Source: a virus. Taken from it: a DNA stretch of 64,000 nucleotides. The stretch's first letter is position 1. Each line of letters starts with the position of its first letter. The DNA lies in the IMG/VR virus record IMGVR_UViG_3300042373_001362, positions 1 through 64,000 of that record; one strand, 5' to 3'. The notes below the pieces were generated by a model, which was given only the letters and a program-made list of their open reading frames with translations, ran no database searches and was not told the origin of the DNA. Below, in pieces: positions 8,106 through 22,964 of this stretch. Position numbers and translations under genes: made by a program.

Positions 8106-10012
8106 TTTATTCTCCTTCTATTAGAAGTGTTTTTGTTTTCAGATGGGCCTGCACCGCCGCCGCCACCGCCACTATTCCCACTCGGAGAAGATGGAGAAGA
8201 TGGGGCACCGGCCGACATGGTTATGCTTGTTGCGGCAATGGCAGCTGCGACAACGACTCTTCTTGTTCCAACATCCACGGCAGAGCCAAGCGGAACATAT
8301 GTGTCGATTGCTCCGTCAAATACGTTGATTTCAGATTCCATTGCTTCTCTGACTTCAGTTGGGGCGTCTTGGGCAGCTTCAACCAGCTCTGCTGCTTCTT
8401 CCGCTGTTACGTTTGAAATGTCAACCGCGTCAAAGATTTCTGTTGCCTGTTCGCCGTCAATGCTCTGCAAAACCTTTTCACTTGTAGCAAGTTCGGTAGC
8501 TTGGTCCTCGTTTACACCAGCTTCCAGAACAGAATCAACTGCGCTCGCAACCTGCTCTTCTGTGACGCTGTCGTTTTCAAGGACGTCCACCACTGCAGAA
8601 AACTGTTCATCAGTTAGTGGTTGGTCTAAAACTTGAGAAATAACTTCGTCAAACTTTTCATCAGACAAAGGCTCATCAAACACGGCTTCAAGAACATTCG
8701 TTAATTCGTCTGTTGAAAGAGGTCGTGAAAAAACTTCATCAATAACAGCAGAAAACTGTTCTTCGGTCAGCGGTTTATCAAGAATGTCGTTTACGGCCTC
8801 ACCCAAAGCGTCCGGATTTGTAATTTCGTCAATAATTTCAGAAACTGCATTTGACAAAGCTGTAGTAGATATGTTTTCAGTATCCAGATTGTCAATTTCG
8901 TCTTGTTTTTCTTCTTCTAATTCTGGCGCATCCGGCGTTGTTGGCGTTTGTTCTTCGGCATATTGTGGTATCTCGGGGGCGGGTTCATCGCTTTCGGGAT
9001 TACTCGTGCTCGGGGGTGTCTCAAGTGGTACCTCTGTTTCTGGGGCGACCGTTATTACGGTAGGAACATCGATTTCTTCTGGAACGGTTGTAGTGGTTGT
9101 ACTAGTTGTGGTTGCGCTGGTTGTAGTAGTAGGTAGTGTTACGCCGTTAACTTCATTACTCCAGCTGGAGTAAACGGGAATTGAGTCGTTATCTGCCCTC
9201 ACTTTGAACTGACAAGACTGTTCAGGCTCAAAATTTTCAATTACAGCAGAAGTTATTGGCGAAGCTATGGCAAATCCAGAAGCCCAATTATCACAAGACC
9301 AAAAAACCGCATATCTTTCGACACTGGCATTTGACTCTTCTGGGGCATCCCAAGATAAATAGACCTTACTTTCATTGGTTGAAGTCACCATAAGGTTTTG
9401 CGGACTGTTTAGATATGGAGCAATTGTTGTAGTCGTAGTAGGTGCTACTTGTTGAGTAAATGCACTGTCTGGGACCACGGCCCAACCTGAACCAATGTCC
9501 CAATAAAGCGTGGTCCACGCACCTCCACCGTTTTCGTAGAACCACATTTCAAATTTCTTAGATACGCCAGCCTCAAAATCAACATAACTTGACAGTGTTC
9601 CACCGCCACCTTTGTCTCGCCAGTCGTCTTGTATGCGTACATCGTCTACATAGAGCTGTGTTCCGTCATCAGCCTGAGGCCAAAATCTAAAAGAACCAGA
9701 AACAGGAGAGGTTATGAAACCCTCATATCGGACAATAAAGTCTTCATACATCCCAAATGGCGGACTTTGGTCAAAGTTTTGCTCCACCCTTGACACCGTT
9801 GTTTGACCCACGGACGGTCTGCCAGAAACTGTAGGAAGCGGCGGATTGGAGTTGTAGCCAAAATTGTTATAAACGGTCATTAATAAACCGGGGTCAACAT
9901 CAGCTCTAGCGAAGCCAGAAAATGTGCTAACTATTGACAATATTGCTACAGGGAGGGTCAACCATGCTGAACGTCTAAATTTAAACCTAGTGTTCCCAAA
10001 AAATGACACCAT
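8102..10012 (-). CDS. exported PA14 + FN3 protein with Thr-rich and acidic helical repeats
   Basis: Signal peptide ending ARA; PA14 motifs (FIVRYEGFI, ADDGTQLYVD, FYENGGGA); FN3; LT/SxEQF acidic repeats; start moved to ATG 10012. Confidence 0.75.
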   Translation of the reverse strand: MVSFFGNTRFKFRRSAWLTLPVAILSIVSTFSGFARADVDPGLLMTVYNNFGYNSNPPLPTVSGRPSVGQTTVSRVEQNFDQSPPFGMYEDFIVRYEGFITSPVSGSFRFWPQADDGTQLYVDDVRIQDDWRDKGGGGTLSSYVDFEAGVSKKFEMWFYENGGGAWTTLYWDIGSGWAVVPDSAFTQQVAPTTTTTIAPYLNSPQNLMVTSTNESKVYLSWDAPEESNASVERYAVFWSCDNWASGFAIASPITSAVIENFEPEQSCQFKVRADNDSIPVYSSWSNEVNGVTLPTTTTSATTTSTTTTTVPEEIDVPTVITVAPETEVPLETPPSTSNPESDEPAPEIPQYAEEQTPTTPDAPELEEEKQDEIDNLDTENISTTALSNAVSEIIDEITNPDALGEAVNDILDKPLTEEQFSAVIDEVFSRPLSTDELTNVLEAVFDEPLSDEKFDEVISQVLDQPLTDEQFSAVVDVLENDSVTEEQVASAVDSVLEAGVNEDQATELATSEKVLQSIDGEQATEIFDAVDISNVTAEEAAELVEAAQDAPTEVREAMESEINVFDGAIDTYVPLGSAVDVGTRRVVVAAAIAATSITMSAGAPSSPSSPSGNSGGGGGGAGPSENKNTSNRRRIN

Positions 10013-10187
10013 TTCCCCAAATGTGATAGTCGATTGCCCCAAAGACAAAACAATTTTACCATTTTTACAAACATTAAAAATCACGGACATTAATATTGTT
10101 AGCGCCAAATTAACAAAAGCACTGTGACTTACTTGCTACTCAGGTGTTTTCTCTCAACTACAATAAATACTGGAGAATCTCTAGGAG

Positions 10188-10559
10188 TTGGCCATGATTG
10201 CAGGCATTTACAACATATTTTGTCAGCAGGGTGCTACCTTTACGCGAATCATCGACCTCCAGTATCCCGACGCCGTTGACCCCACAATTTTTTACCCGTA
10301 CGACCTTGAAGGTTTTACTGCGAGGATGCAAGTAAGAAGAACTATTTCTTCTACAACAAAAATAGTTGAGCTAACTACTGAAAACGGAAGAATAGAAATA
10401 GTTCCAGAAGACGGAAGAATTATTCTGAATATGCCACCATCAGTGACCGCGGCGATAACAAGCAGCGGAGTCTATGACCTAGAAATTCAAAGCACTGAAG
10501 GGGTCGTGTCAAGAGTTGTTCAAGGAAGCTTTACTCTTTCCGAGGAAGTAACAAGATGA
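10188..10559 (+). CDS. virion structural beta-sandwich protein (fibre-associated)
   Basis: QGATF...DLEGFTARMQVR...GVYDLEI...GSFTLSEEVTR pattern; first gene of the fibre operon. Confidence 0.65.
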   Translation: MAMIAGIYNIFCQQGATFTRIIDLQYPDAVDPTIFYPYDLEGFTARMQVRRTISSTTKIVELTTENGRIEIVPEDGRIILNMPPSVTAAITSSGVYDLEIQSTEGVVSRVVQGSFTLSEEVTR

Positions 10560-10873
10560 GCAATGTTCCGAACCAGGTAAATATTCATGAGGACACTCCA
10601 AACCAAGTAATAATTAATCAGGATTCACCGAATCAAGTAATTGTTAGAGGTGGGGGTATCGGAGGAAACTCCGCCAATACGAGTAGACACGTACATGCTC
10701 AGAGTGTTGCTTCAGACGAATGGGTAATTACTCACACTCTTGGTGGCTACCCTTCCGTATCCATTGTTGATTCTGCAAAAACAGCAGTCTTTGGTGAAGT
10801 ACAATATGACAGTACGACACAAGTGACAGTGTACTTCACCGTGCCGTTCTCTGGATTCGCATACCTAACATAA
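10556..10873 (+). CDS. small virion structural protein
   Basis: WVITHTLGGYPSVSIVDS...FSGFAYL. Confidence 0.6.
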   Translation: MSNVPNQVNIHEDTPNQVIINQDSPNQVIVRGGGIGGNSANTSRHVHAQSVASDEWVITHTLGGYPSVSIVDSAKTAVFGEVQYDSTTQVTVYFTVPFSGFAYLT

Positions 10874-10886
10874 GGACAAAGGGCTG

Positions 10887-12191
10887 ATGGCAACTAAATT
10901 TCTTACAAATATTGACCTAAATCAAAACCAACTGGTCAATGCCACCTTTGAGGTAGTCGGCACAGACCCTAACTCCGGCAACTTTGAAGGCCGGATGATT
11001 TACAACAGTACCACAGACTCAATCAAAGTCTACGGCAATGGTGCGTGGCGTTCATTTGTAAATGGCATATCTTCTGGTGGCGGAGCAGGAATTTCTGAAG
11101 CCCTTACTGTTTCTGAATCAAACGGCGTCGTAACCCTTACGCTAAATGTTGCCGATGTTGATTCTGCTGGTTTACTTTCTTCAACATTTTGGGGATTGCT
11201 TAACGGTGCAACTTCTGATGCGACAGTTTCCACTCTTGTAAAAAGAGATAGCAGCGGCAATATTAAGGTTGCCACTCCTACCGACGCTGCTCATGCTGCC
11301 ACCAAGGGGTATGTAGATGCAGCTCGTCAGGGCCTCGATGTTAAGCAGTCAGTTCGTGCTGCTACTACTGGTCCAGTCAACCTTTCAAATGAACTTGAGG
11401 CTGGAGACACGATTGACGGCACGGTAACCCTCGTTGCTGGTGACCGCGTTCTCGTTAAAAACCAAGGAACAGCATCACAAAACGGTATTTATGTTGTTCA
11501 AGAGACTGGTGCACCAGTTCGTGCAACTGACGCAAATGGCACTGCCGATACGGGAACAGTATCTGGTGGAACATTTACCTTCGTTGAAGAAGGTACTGCA
11601 AACGCCGACTCTGGTTGGGTGGTTTCAAGCAACGGAGTCATCACTGTTGGCACCGATGCAATGAACTGGGTTCAGTTCTCTGGTGCTGGTGCAGTAGTTG
11701 CTGGTGACGGTCTTACAAAAGATGGTGCAACAATCAATGCTGTCGGAACAACCGACCGTATCTCAGTTTCTGCTAATGCTATTGACATTGCTTCCACGTA
11801 TGCTGGTCAAGCAAGCATTACAACTCTTGGCACAATTACCACAGGTACATGGAATGGCGTAGACATTGCAGTTGCTGACGGTGGTACCGGTGCTTCAACA
11901 GCAGCAGATGCTCGTACAAACCTTGCAAGCACTTCAACTTCTGGTCAGACAACTTCTACTGCAGTTCTTGCAAGAGTTGTACATCAGGCTTGTGCCGCTT
12001 CTTCGGTTGGCGTTTCGACCACAACAGTTACGCACAACTTTGGCACAAAGAATGTGACTGTTCAGGTTTACCAAGTATCAACTGGTGAAACAGTAAACTG
12101 CGATGTTGTTCGTTCAAGCAATGACTCAGTTGTTGTTACAATGAACGGAACAATCTCGTCTGACGATTTCCATATCGTAGTAACAGGCTGA
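10887..12191 (+). CDS. tail fibre / virion structural protein
   Basis: AATKGYVD, DVKQSVRAATT, GDRVLVKNQ..ASQNGIYVV fibre motifs. Confidence 0.75.
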   Translation: MATKFLTNIDLNQNQLVNATFEVVGTDPNSGNFEGRMIYNSTTDSIKVYGNGAWRSFVNGISSGGGAGISEALTVSESNGVVTLTLNVADVDSAGLLSSTFWGLLNGATSDATVSTLVKRDSSGNIKVATPTDAAHAATKGYVDAARQGLDVKQSVRAATTGPVNLSNELEAGDTIDGTVTLVAGDRVLVKNQGTASQNGIYVVQETGAPVRATDANGTADTGTVSGGTFTFVEEGTANADSGWVVSSNGVITVGTDAMNWVQFSGAGAVVAGDGLTKDGATINAVGTTDRISVSANAIDIASTYAGQASITTLGTITTGTWNGVDIAVADGGTGASTAADARTNLASTSTSGQTTSTAVLARVVHQACAASSVGVSTTTVTHNFGTKNVTVQVYQVSTGETVNCDVVRSSNDSVVVTMNGTISSDDFHIVVTG

Positions 12192-12219
12192 TAGTCCGCC
12201 CTGAGGGGCAAAAATGTAG

Positions 12220-17250
<5,031 letters not shown>

Positions 17251-17251
17251 T

Positions 17252-18394
17252 ATGCCAGTTCTCCCTGGTGCAAGCACTCCAAAACTGCTACCTACTATAA
17301 GCATTTCTCCAGTTACGAATTTTAACGAGAGCCTTGCAACATTAAATGCGGTAGTTTCTGCAAACAAATACCCAACTACTGTTCATTTTGATTATTCAAC
17401 AAGTTCGTCTTTTACTACATTTACGACAGTGACACTCGGCTCTAGTGTGAATGGTCAGATTTCAAGCGTTTTTCATAACATAACTGGTTTAGCAGTTGGT
17501 ACTGCTTACCATGTTCGTTGCCGTGCGACAAATGCAATTGGGACAACAACAAGTTCAAGCGAATCATTCACTACATGGTCGCTAAAGACGTTTACGCAAA
17601 CCACTGCTGGGTCTTTCTCTGTTTCAATACCATCAGTTACCCCCACTGGCGGAAGTGCTATAGCCCCAACTGTCTATGAAATGCTTCTCTATGGAGGCGG
17701 AGGTGGCGCAAACTATGGCGGCGGCGGCGGCGGTGGCTATCGACTATTCTCTTCCCACACATCATCTTCTGCTGGAACACAAACAATCAGTGGAACTGTA
17801 GGGGCAGGTGGTGCCGCAGGAAATGGCGGTGGCGGAGTCGGAACTGCGACAACAGGCGGAAGTACAACACTGACAGTTGGTTCTACAACATGGACTGGTG
17901 GAGGCGGAACAGCAGGAGAACATCCAGGCGCAATAGGTAATCCGTTTGGTCGGGGAGGAACTGCTGGTTCCGGAACGAATGCATCCAATCTTGGTGGAAC
18001 AAATGCTTATGGTTATTACTACGTATCTGGGTATGTGCAGGTGTGTACAGCTTTTGACAAGAATGGAAACTGCACCGCATTCGGCCCAGACTATAACCAG
18101 CCAATCTATGCATGGGATGCTGGGTATTATGCTTGTGGTGGTGGCGGTGGTACCGACTCTGCTGGTTCAAATGCGTCTGGCCACACAACAGCATCGCAAG
18201 TCGGTGGAAACGGCGGAACTGGTGGTGGTGCCTACGGTCTCCGCGGTGGCAACGGCGGAGGTGGTTTCGGAACACAGGGAACAGGTTCTGCTGGTGGTTT
18301 CTCTGTAGGTTCTGGAACAGTTGTAGGTAGTGGTGGAACTTCATTTGCGGCAGGCCTTGCTGGCGGCATCACATTCAAGTATTATGGCCCATAG
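17252..18394 (+). CDS. FN3 + glycine-rich fibre-tip protein
   Basis: FN3 (ITGLAVGTAYHVRCRATN) followed by GGGGG-rich repeats. Confidence 0.75.
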   Translation: MPVLPGASTPKLLPTISISPVTNFNESLATLNAVVSANKYPTTVHFDYSTSSSFTTFTTVTLGSSVNGQISSVFHNITGLAVGTAYHVRCRATNAIGTTTSSSESFTTWSLKTFTQTTAGSFSVSIPSVTPTGGSAIAPTVYEMLLYGGGGGANYGGGGGGGYRLFSSHTSSSAGTQTISGTVGAGGAAGNGGGGVGTATTGGSTTLTVGSTTWTGGGGTAGEHPGAIGNPFGRGGTAGSGTNASNLGGTNAYGYYYVSGYVQVCTAFDKNGNCTAFGPDYNQPIYAWDAGYYACGGGGGTDSAGSNASGHTTASQVGGNGGTGGGAYGLRGGNGGGGFGTQGTGSAGGFSVGSGTVVGSGGTSFAAGLAGGITFKYYGP

Positions 18395-18402
18395 GAAAAA
18401 TT

Positions 18403-19497
18403 ATGATTACAACACAACCATTCACTATCGATGCCATTAAAACACACAAGCTGTTTTATGTATTAGACAACATTTCTGATTCTTCTGTAGAACTGTATCG
18501 CCGTACTCCTGCCGGAGATGACCCATTTGAGGATGCAGAAGTTTTTTCTATGCAGGATGGTCATCTTGTTGTTGCTTTACGGCACCCGTTTAAGTATGCA
18601 GGCAACAATTGTTTAATTGCCAAATTGGGAGACATTGAGGAGATTGTTAATCTAACTCCTTGGGAGCGTCTTGTCGACGTCTATGACACGAATATCGACA
18701 ATACAGACCAAGGATTTTTTGCTTTCTCTGATTCGCATGCCGTATTTGACCCTGATGTTGAGTGGCGTTGTGACAACACCTTGTATGGTCCTCGCACCTT
18801 TATTAAGGAAGACGGGCGAATCGCCCCAACCATCAACAATGTAAAAGCCTACGAAACAATAATGTCATTGCCTAGTGTCGGCTATTTGGTTTATATACAC
18901 CTTCATGACGATACTGAAATACGCGAAAAATATAAGAACAACTCAGAGGTTCCATGTGTTGGGTTAACCTTGTCTGAAGCCTTCAAGTTAATGCATGAAT
19001 GGTCGGAAGTAGCCAAAGAACCATTTAACAACACAGAAGACATTGCTCTTAAAGCAAAACAATTTTTAGAAACCTTCGGATTTTCATACGACCTTATTGA
19101 TGGCCAAACCGACATGCAGGTGGCTAATTATTTAAAGGGAAGCAATAACGCACGGCTTAGACCGTTAGGTGTTCAACCAAACAAAGAAGAACTTATTAAG
19201 TTTGTTCAAAAAAGAATGGCTTCAAGTTCGCTGGCTTTTATTCACCACCTGTATCCAGAATTAACTCAGCTAGAAGGAATTATCGTTCACGAAAAAGAAG
19301 AATTAGACGCAGGAATACTGAGGTTTAAAGAGTTCTATCAAATACCTCTTGATTGGTTAATTGAAGATACTGAGCGTATTGTCGAACACTGTGAGTTGTA
19401 TTTCAACCCAACAATTGGCTCGTATATTCACAATCAGCTTCGTCTTTTTAAGAACAAAAAACACATTTTGGATAAAGTTGCGAACAACGAACTCTAA
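18403..19497 (+). CDS. hypothetical protein
   Basis: 364-aa ORF, no motif recognised. Confidence 0.75.
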   Translation: MITTQPFTIDAIKTHKLFYVLDNISDSSVELYRRTPAGDDPFEDAEVFSMQDGHLVVALRHPFKYAGNNCLIAKLGDIEEIVNLTPWERLVDVYDTNIDNTDQGFFAFSDSHAVFDPDVEWRCDNTLYGPRTFIKEDGRIAPTINNVKAYETIMSLPSVGYLVYIHLHDDTEIREKYKNNSEVPCVGLTLSEAFKLMHEWSEVAKEPFNNTEDIALKAKQFLETFGFSYDLIDGQTDMQVANYLKGSNNARLRPLGVQPNKEELIKFVQKRMASSSLAFIHHLYPELTQLEGIIVHEKEELDAGILRFKEFYQIPLDWLIEDTERIVEHCELYFNPTIGSYIHNQLRLFKNKKHILDKVANNEL

Positions 19498-19591
19498 GAA
19501 AAACAATAGGGTTTTTCTTTAAATTCTCTATATCACTAAACACTTCCGATGGGGATAAACACACAAGTCATCCTGGGGTATAATTATCGTC

Positions 19592-20068
19592 ATGGCCATT
19601 GATTTCCCAAACTCACCAGCAGAAAATGACAACTATACGGTTGATGGAAAAACATGGACCTTCAGCGATGGCAAATGGGCCTTAAATGTTGGCGCTGCAG
19701 GCGTTCAGGGTCCAACCGGTCCAACCGGTCCAGCAGGGGCAACTGGCCCAGCGGGAACGTGGGCTACAACTCAGGAGATAAACGGGCAGACCGGAACTTC
19801 CTACACTCTTGTTTCTGGAGACCTGGGGAAAATGGTTATGCTTAATAACTCATCTCCTGTCACCGTAACGGTTGGCACGTCTCTCAATCTTTCTGCCGGT
19901 CAAAGTATTGACTTATTGAGCATGGGTACAGGTCAGGTGACTGTCAGTCCGGATGGAGCGACTCTTGATGGAACACCAGGACTCAAACTTCGTACACGCT
20001 ATTCTTCCGCAACTCTTTTTTGTGTAGGAGAAGATAGCTATGTTCTTATTGGCGATTTGAGTGCTTAA
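19592..20068 (+). CDS. short collagen-containing fibre adaptor
   Basis: MAIDFPNSP start, short GPT run, C-terminal domain paralogous to that of 12235-17250. Confidence 0.75.
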   Translation: MAIDFPNSPAENDNYTVDGKTWTFSDGKWALNVGAAGVQGPTGPTGPAGATGPAGTWATTQEINGQTGTSYTLVSGDLGKMVMLNNSSPVTVTVGTSLNLSAGQSIDLLSMGTGQVTVSPDGATLDGTPGLKLRTRYSSATLFCVGEDSYVLIGDLSA

Positions 20069-21657
20069 TGCCAATTCGCAGAGGAACAGTAGCAAGTAGC
20101 GTTTTATTTACGGAGCCTGGTGCGCCTACATCCGTATCGGGAACCGCAGGGAATGCTCAGGTCTCTCTTTCGTGGACAGCACCAGAATTTACCGGGTTCA
20201 CTAGCATTACTGATTACACAATTCAGTACTCAACGTCTGCTACTTTCGCTTCGTCCATAACTACATTTACTGACTCGGTTTCTTCAAATACTTCAGCAAC
20301 AGTTACCGGATTGACTAACGGCACAACTTACTATTTCAGAGTTGCGGCAGTAAATACGATTGGGACTGGACAGTATTCGTCAATATCAGCAGGCGTAACA
20401 CCAATAACTGTTCCAACAGGAGTGACGAGCCTCACTGCTTCTGCTTCAGACAGGACAATATCGGCAACGTGGTCTGCCCCCTCAAGCGATGGTGGCTCGG
20501 CAATAACTTCATATACGGTAGAAACTCAACTCAACAGTGAGGCATGGGTTAACCGAGGCTCTCAATCAAGTGGTGTGTCTTTTACCGTTAGAAACAACTC
20601 TGCAGTAACCGCTCGTTCTTACAGAATAAGAGTGACTGCAAACAATGCTGCTGGAGCAGGAACGGTCGTAACCTCTTCATCTGTAACTCCAAATTTCGGA
20701 ACGCCAGCAACTCCTGTGCTTACAGCGGTTATGCCAACTCAGCCCTCTTCTGGTAATGGTACAGGACACAGGCAATTCACCGTAGCCTACGACCCGTTGG
20801 CTTGCAGTGCTTTTTCTAACACACAAACCTTTATAAAGCTTTCAGGATATTCATATACAAATACTGCAAATAGCACAGCATTAAATACAACAAACTCTGC
20901 TGCTGGAAAATCGTGGACAATCAGCACCCTTAATGCTCCAGAGTGGAATTCTGATAGAAATCTTCTTGCAAGCGAAACATATTTTGTTTTTACAAGAACA
21001 TGGAATACCGATGGTGACTATGTAGATAGTGCTGAAGCATCCGTAACAACAACGGCAACACAGTCTTATAATGTTGTTGTAGATACCTCATACTATGTAA
21101 CTGTTGATACAAGCAGCTGGGGTGGTAATGAGGCATACAGCGACCAAACCGGAACATTTACGGTAACAGGAAACACATTCAGCCAGACTTCTGGTTACGC
21201 AATACCTGGAGTTACTGCGACTGGAACCACATGTCCTGGTTGTCCTGATGGAACAAGAAGGTACTCTATTAACCATTTAACGATTAGGGCCCGAGTTGTT
21301 GTTACTGGAATAAATATCACCACTTCTTCTAGAAACTTTATTGTTGATTTCTCAGGCACATCAACATCTGCCGGAACAGGCGGAGGAACAATAGATTGTT
21401 TGCGAGCACCTTTCTCTACAAGCTCAGGAACAGCAGAGCAATCTCTTCAATGGAACTCCCCCAGCGTGTCCATGGGTGCAGCCGCTGGCGGCGGACGCAT
21501 AAGAATTAGGGGCGCAGGTTCTATCGGTACAGTTTCAACCAACCCTGACCAAAGAATTCGAGTGATAGTCAACATATCTGGAAACCAGCAACGATGGAAC
21601 GTGAGCAGCAGACAGGACCTCGTCCCAGCTTCCAGAACTGACACTTACTATTACTAA
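20068..21657 (+). CDS. fibronectin type III repeat virion protein
   Basis: PGAPT...LSWTAP...TGLTNGTTYYFRVAAVN. Confidence 0.8.
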   Translation: MPIRRGTVASSVLFTEPGAPTSVSGTAGNAQVSLSWTAPEFTGFTSITDYTIQYSTSATFASSITTFTDSVSSNTSATVTGLTNGTTYYFRVAAVNTIGTGQYSSISAGVTPITVPTGVTSLTASASDRTISATWSAPSSDGGSAITSYTVETQLNSEAWVNRGSQSSGVSFTVRNNSAVTARSYRIRVTANNAAGAGTVVTSSSVTPNFGTPATPVLTAVMPTQPSSGNGTGHRQFTVAYDPLACSAFSNTQTFIKLSGYSYTNTANSTALNTTNSAAGKSWTISTLNAPEWNSDRNLLASETYFVFTRTWNTDGDYVDSAEASVTTTATQSYNVVVDTSYYVTVDTSSWGGNEAYSDQTGTFTVTGNTFSQTSGYAIPGVTATGTTCPGCPDGTRRYSINHLTIRARVVVTGINITTSSRNFIVDFSGTSTSAGTGGGTIDCLRAPFSTSSGTAEQSLQWNSPSVSMGAAAGGGRIRIRGAGSIGTVSTNPDQRIRVIVNISGNQQRWNVSSRQDLVPASRTDTYYY

Positions 21658-21680
21658 ATAACGTTGCTAGTATTAGCTGC

Positions 21681-22751
21681 ATGAGATTTCATGTGGTTTC
21701 CCTGCCTCACACAAATACAACCGAAGACTTTACGGCTTGTGCTTATACGGAAAAAATCCGCAAGTTTTGCATCATGATGAAGAATCTGGGCCACACGGTT
21801 TTTCTGTATGGCGGGGAATTCAATGAGGCTCCTTGCGATGAGCACATTAAGTGCATTACAGAAGAGCAGCGTCTAGAGGCCGTAGGAAACAACCACTATT
21901 CGGCTGCCTCCTTTAACTGGAATCTTCCGCATTGGGTCGAGTTCAACGGAAACGTCATAAAGGGGATTCAGGAACGCTTAGAGCACAAGGACTTCATTTG
22001 TCTTATTGCTGGGCATGCTTCAAAGCCAATTGCCGACGCCTTCCCCAGTGAGTTAAGCGTGGAGTTTGGTATCGGATATGGTGGCTCTTTTGCGCCATTC
22101 AAGGTTTTTGAGTCCTACGCATGGATGCACTCCTGTTATGGCTCCAAGGTAACTGACCCGCATGCTCTTGATGGCAAGTTCTACGATACTGTAATCCCAA
22201 GTTATATCGATATTAAGGATTTCCCTTTACAGGAAGAACCAGACGACTACTACCTCTTTATAGGACGCCTTATTGAGCGCAAGGGCTATCAGATTGCAGT
22301 TGACGTCTGCAAAGCCCTAGGAAAGCGTCTGGTAGTCGCTGGGCAGGGTTCTGCGCCTAGTTATGGCGAGTATGTAGGCGTTGTTGGGACGGAAGAACGA
22401 GCCAAACTCATGGGTGGAGCAATCGCCACTTTTACCCCAACTATCTATGTGGAGCCATTTGGGACTGTAGCCATCGAAGCCATGGCCTGTGGTTCCCCAA
22501 TTATCTCTACTGACTGGGGCGCGTTCACTGAAACCGTTATTGATGGAGTGACCGGATTCCGTTGCCACACAATGCAAGAATTTGCTGACGCAACAGAAAA
22601 CGTAAAATCTCTTGACAGAGCATTAATCAGTAAGTACTCAAAAGACCGTTATGGGCTAGACACGGTTGGCTTGATGTACGAGAAGTACTTCATCCGCCTG
22701 CAGGGACTATGGGGTAAGGGCTTCTACGAGCTTGAATTACCACTTGCCTAG
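21681..22751 (+). CDS. glycosyltransferase, GT-B fold (GT4-like)
   Basis: FIGRLIERKG, EPFGTVAIEAMACGSPII, ETVIDGVTGF. Confidence 0.9.
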   Translation: MRFHVVSLPHTNTTEDFTACAYTEKIRKFCIMMKNLGHTVFLYGGEFNEAPCDEHIKCITEEQRLEAVGNNHYSAASFNWNLPHWVEFNGNVIKGIQERLEHKDFICLIAGHASKPIADAFPSELSVEFGIGYGGSFAPFKVFESYAWMHSCYGSKVTDPHALDGKFYDTVIPSYIDIKDFPLQEEPDDYYLFIGRLIERKGYQIAVDVCKALGKRLVVAGQGSAPSYGEYVGVVGTEERAKLMGGAIATFTPTIYVEPFGTVAIEAMACGSPIISTDWGAFTETVIDGVTGFRCHTMQEFADATENVKSLDRALISKYSKDRYGLDTVGLMYEKYFIRLQGLWGKGFYELELPLA

Positions 22752-22955
22752 CGGACATACTGCGTGATTTAGTTTCACTTTTAGATTCATAAAGCAACCG
22801 CATTGTTTGCACTGCTTCGTTACTTTTGTTAATTCAGGGCAGGCTTTACAAATAGAAAAACGTTCACGTTGTAATGCAGTTGATGCAAACTCGGTGTCAG
22901 ACTTTAAAAAGTCAGTAGGACTAGATTTCTGGTTTTTCCCAATTTCTTCACGCAT
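22737..22955 (-). CDS. small Cys-rich protein (DUF6171-like)
   Basis: RFSICKACP...CKQCGCFM..K......CPLGKW. Confidence 0.7.
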   Translation of the reverse strand: MREEIGKNQKSSPTDFLKSDTEFASTALQRERFSICKACPELTKVTKQCKQCGCFMNLKVKLNHAVCPLGKW

Positions 22956-22964
22956 GTTTGAACG

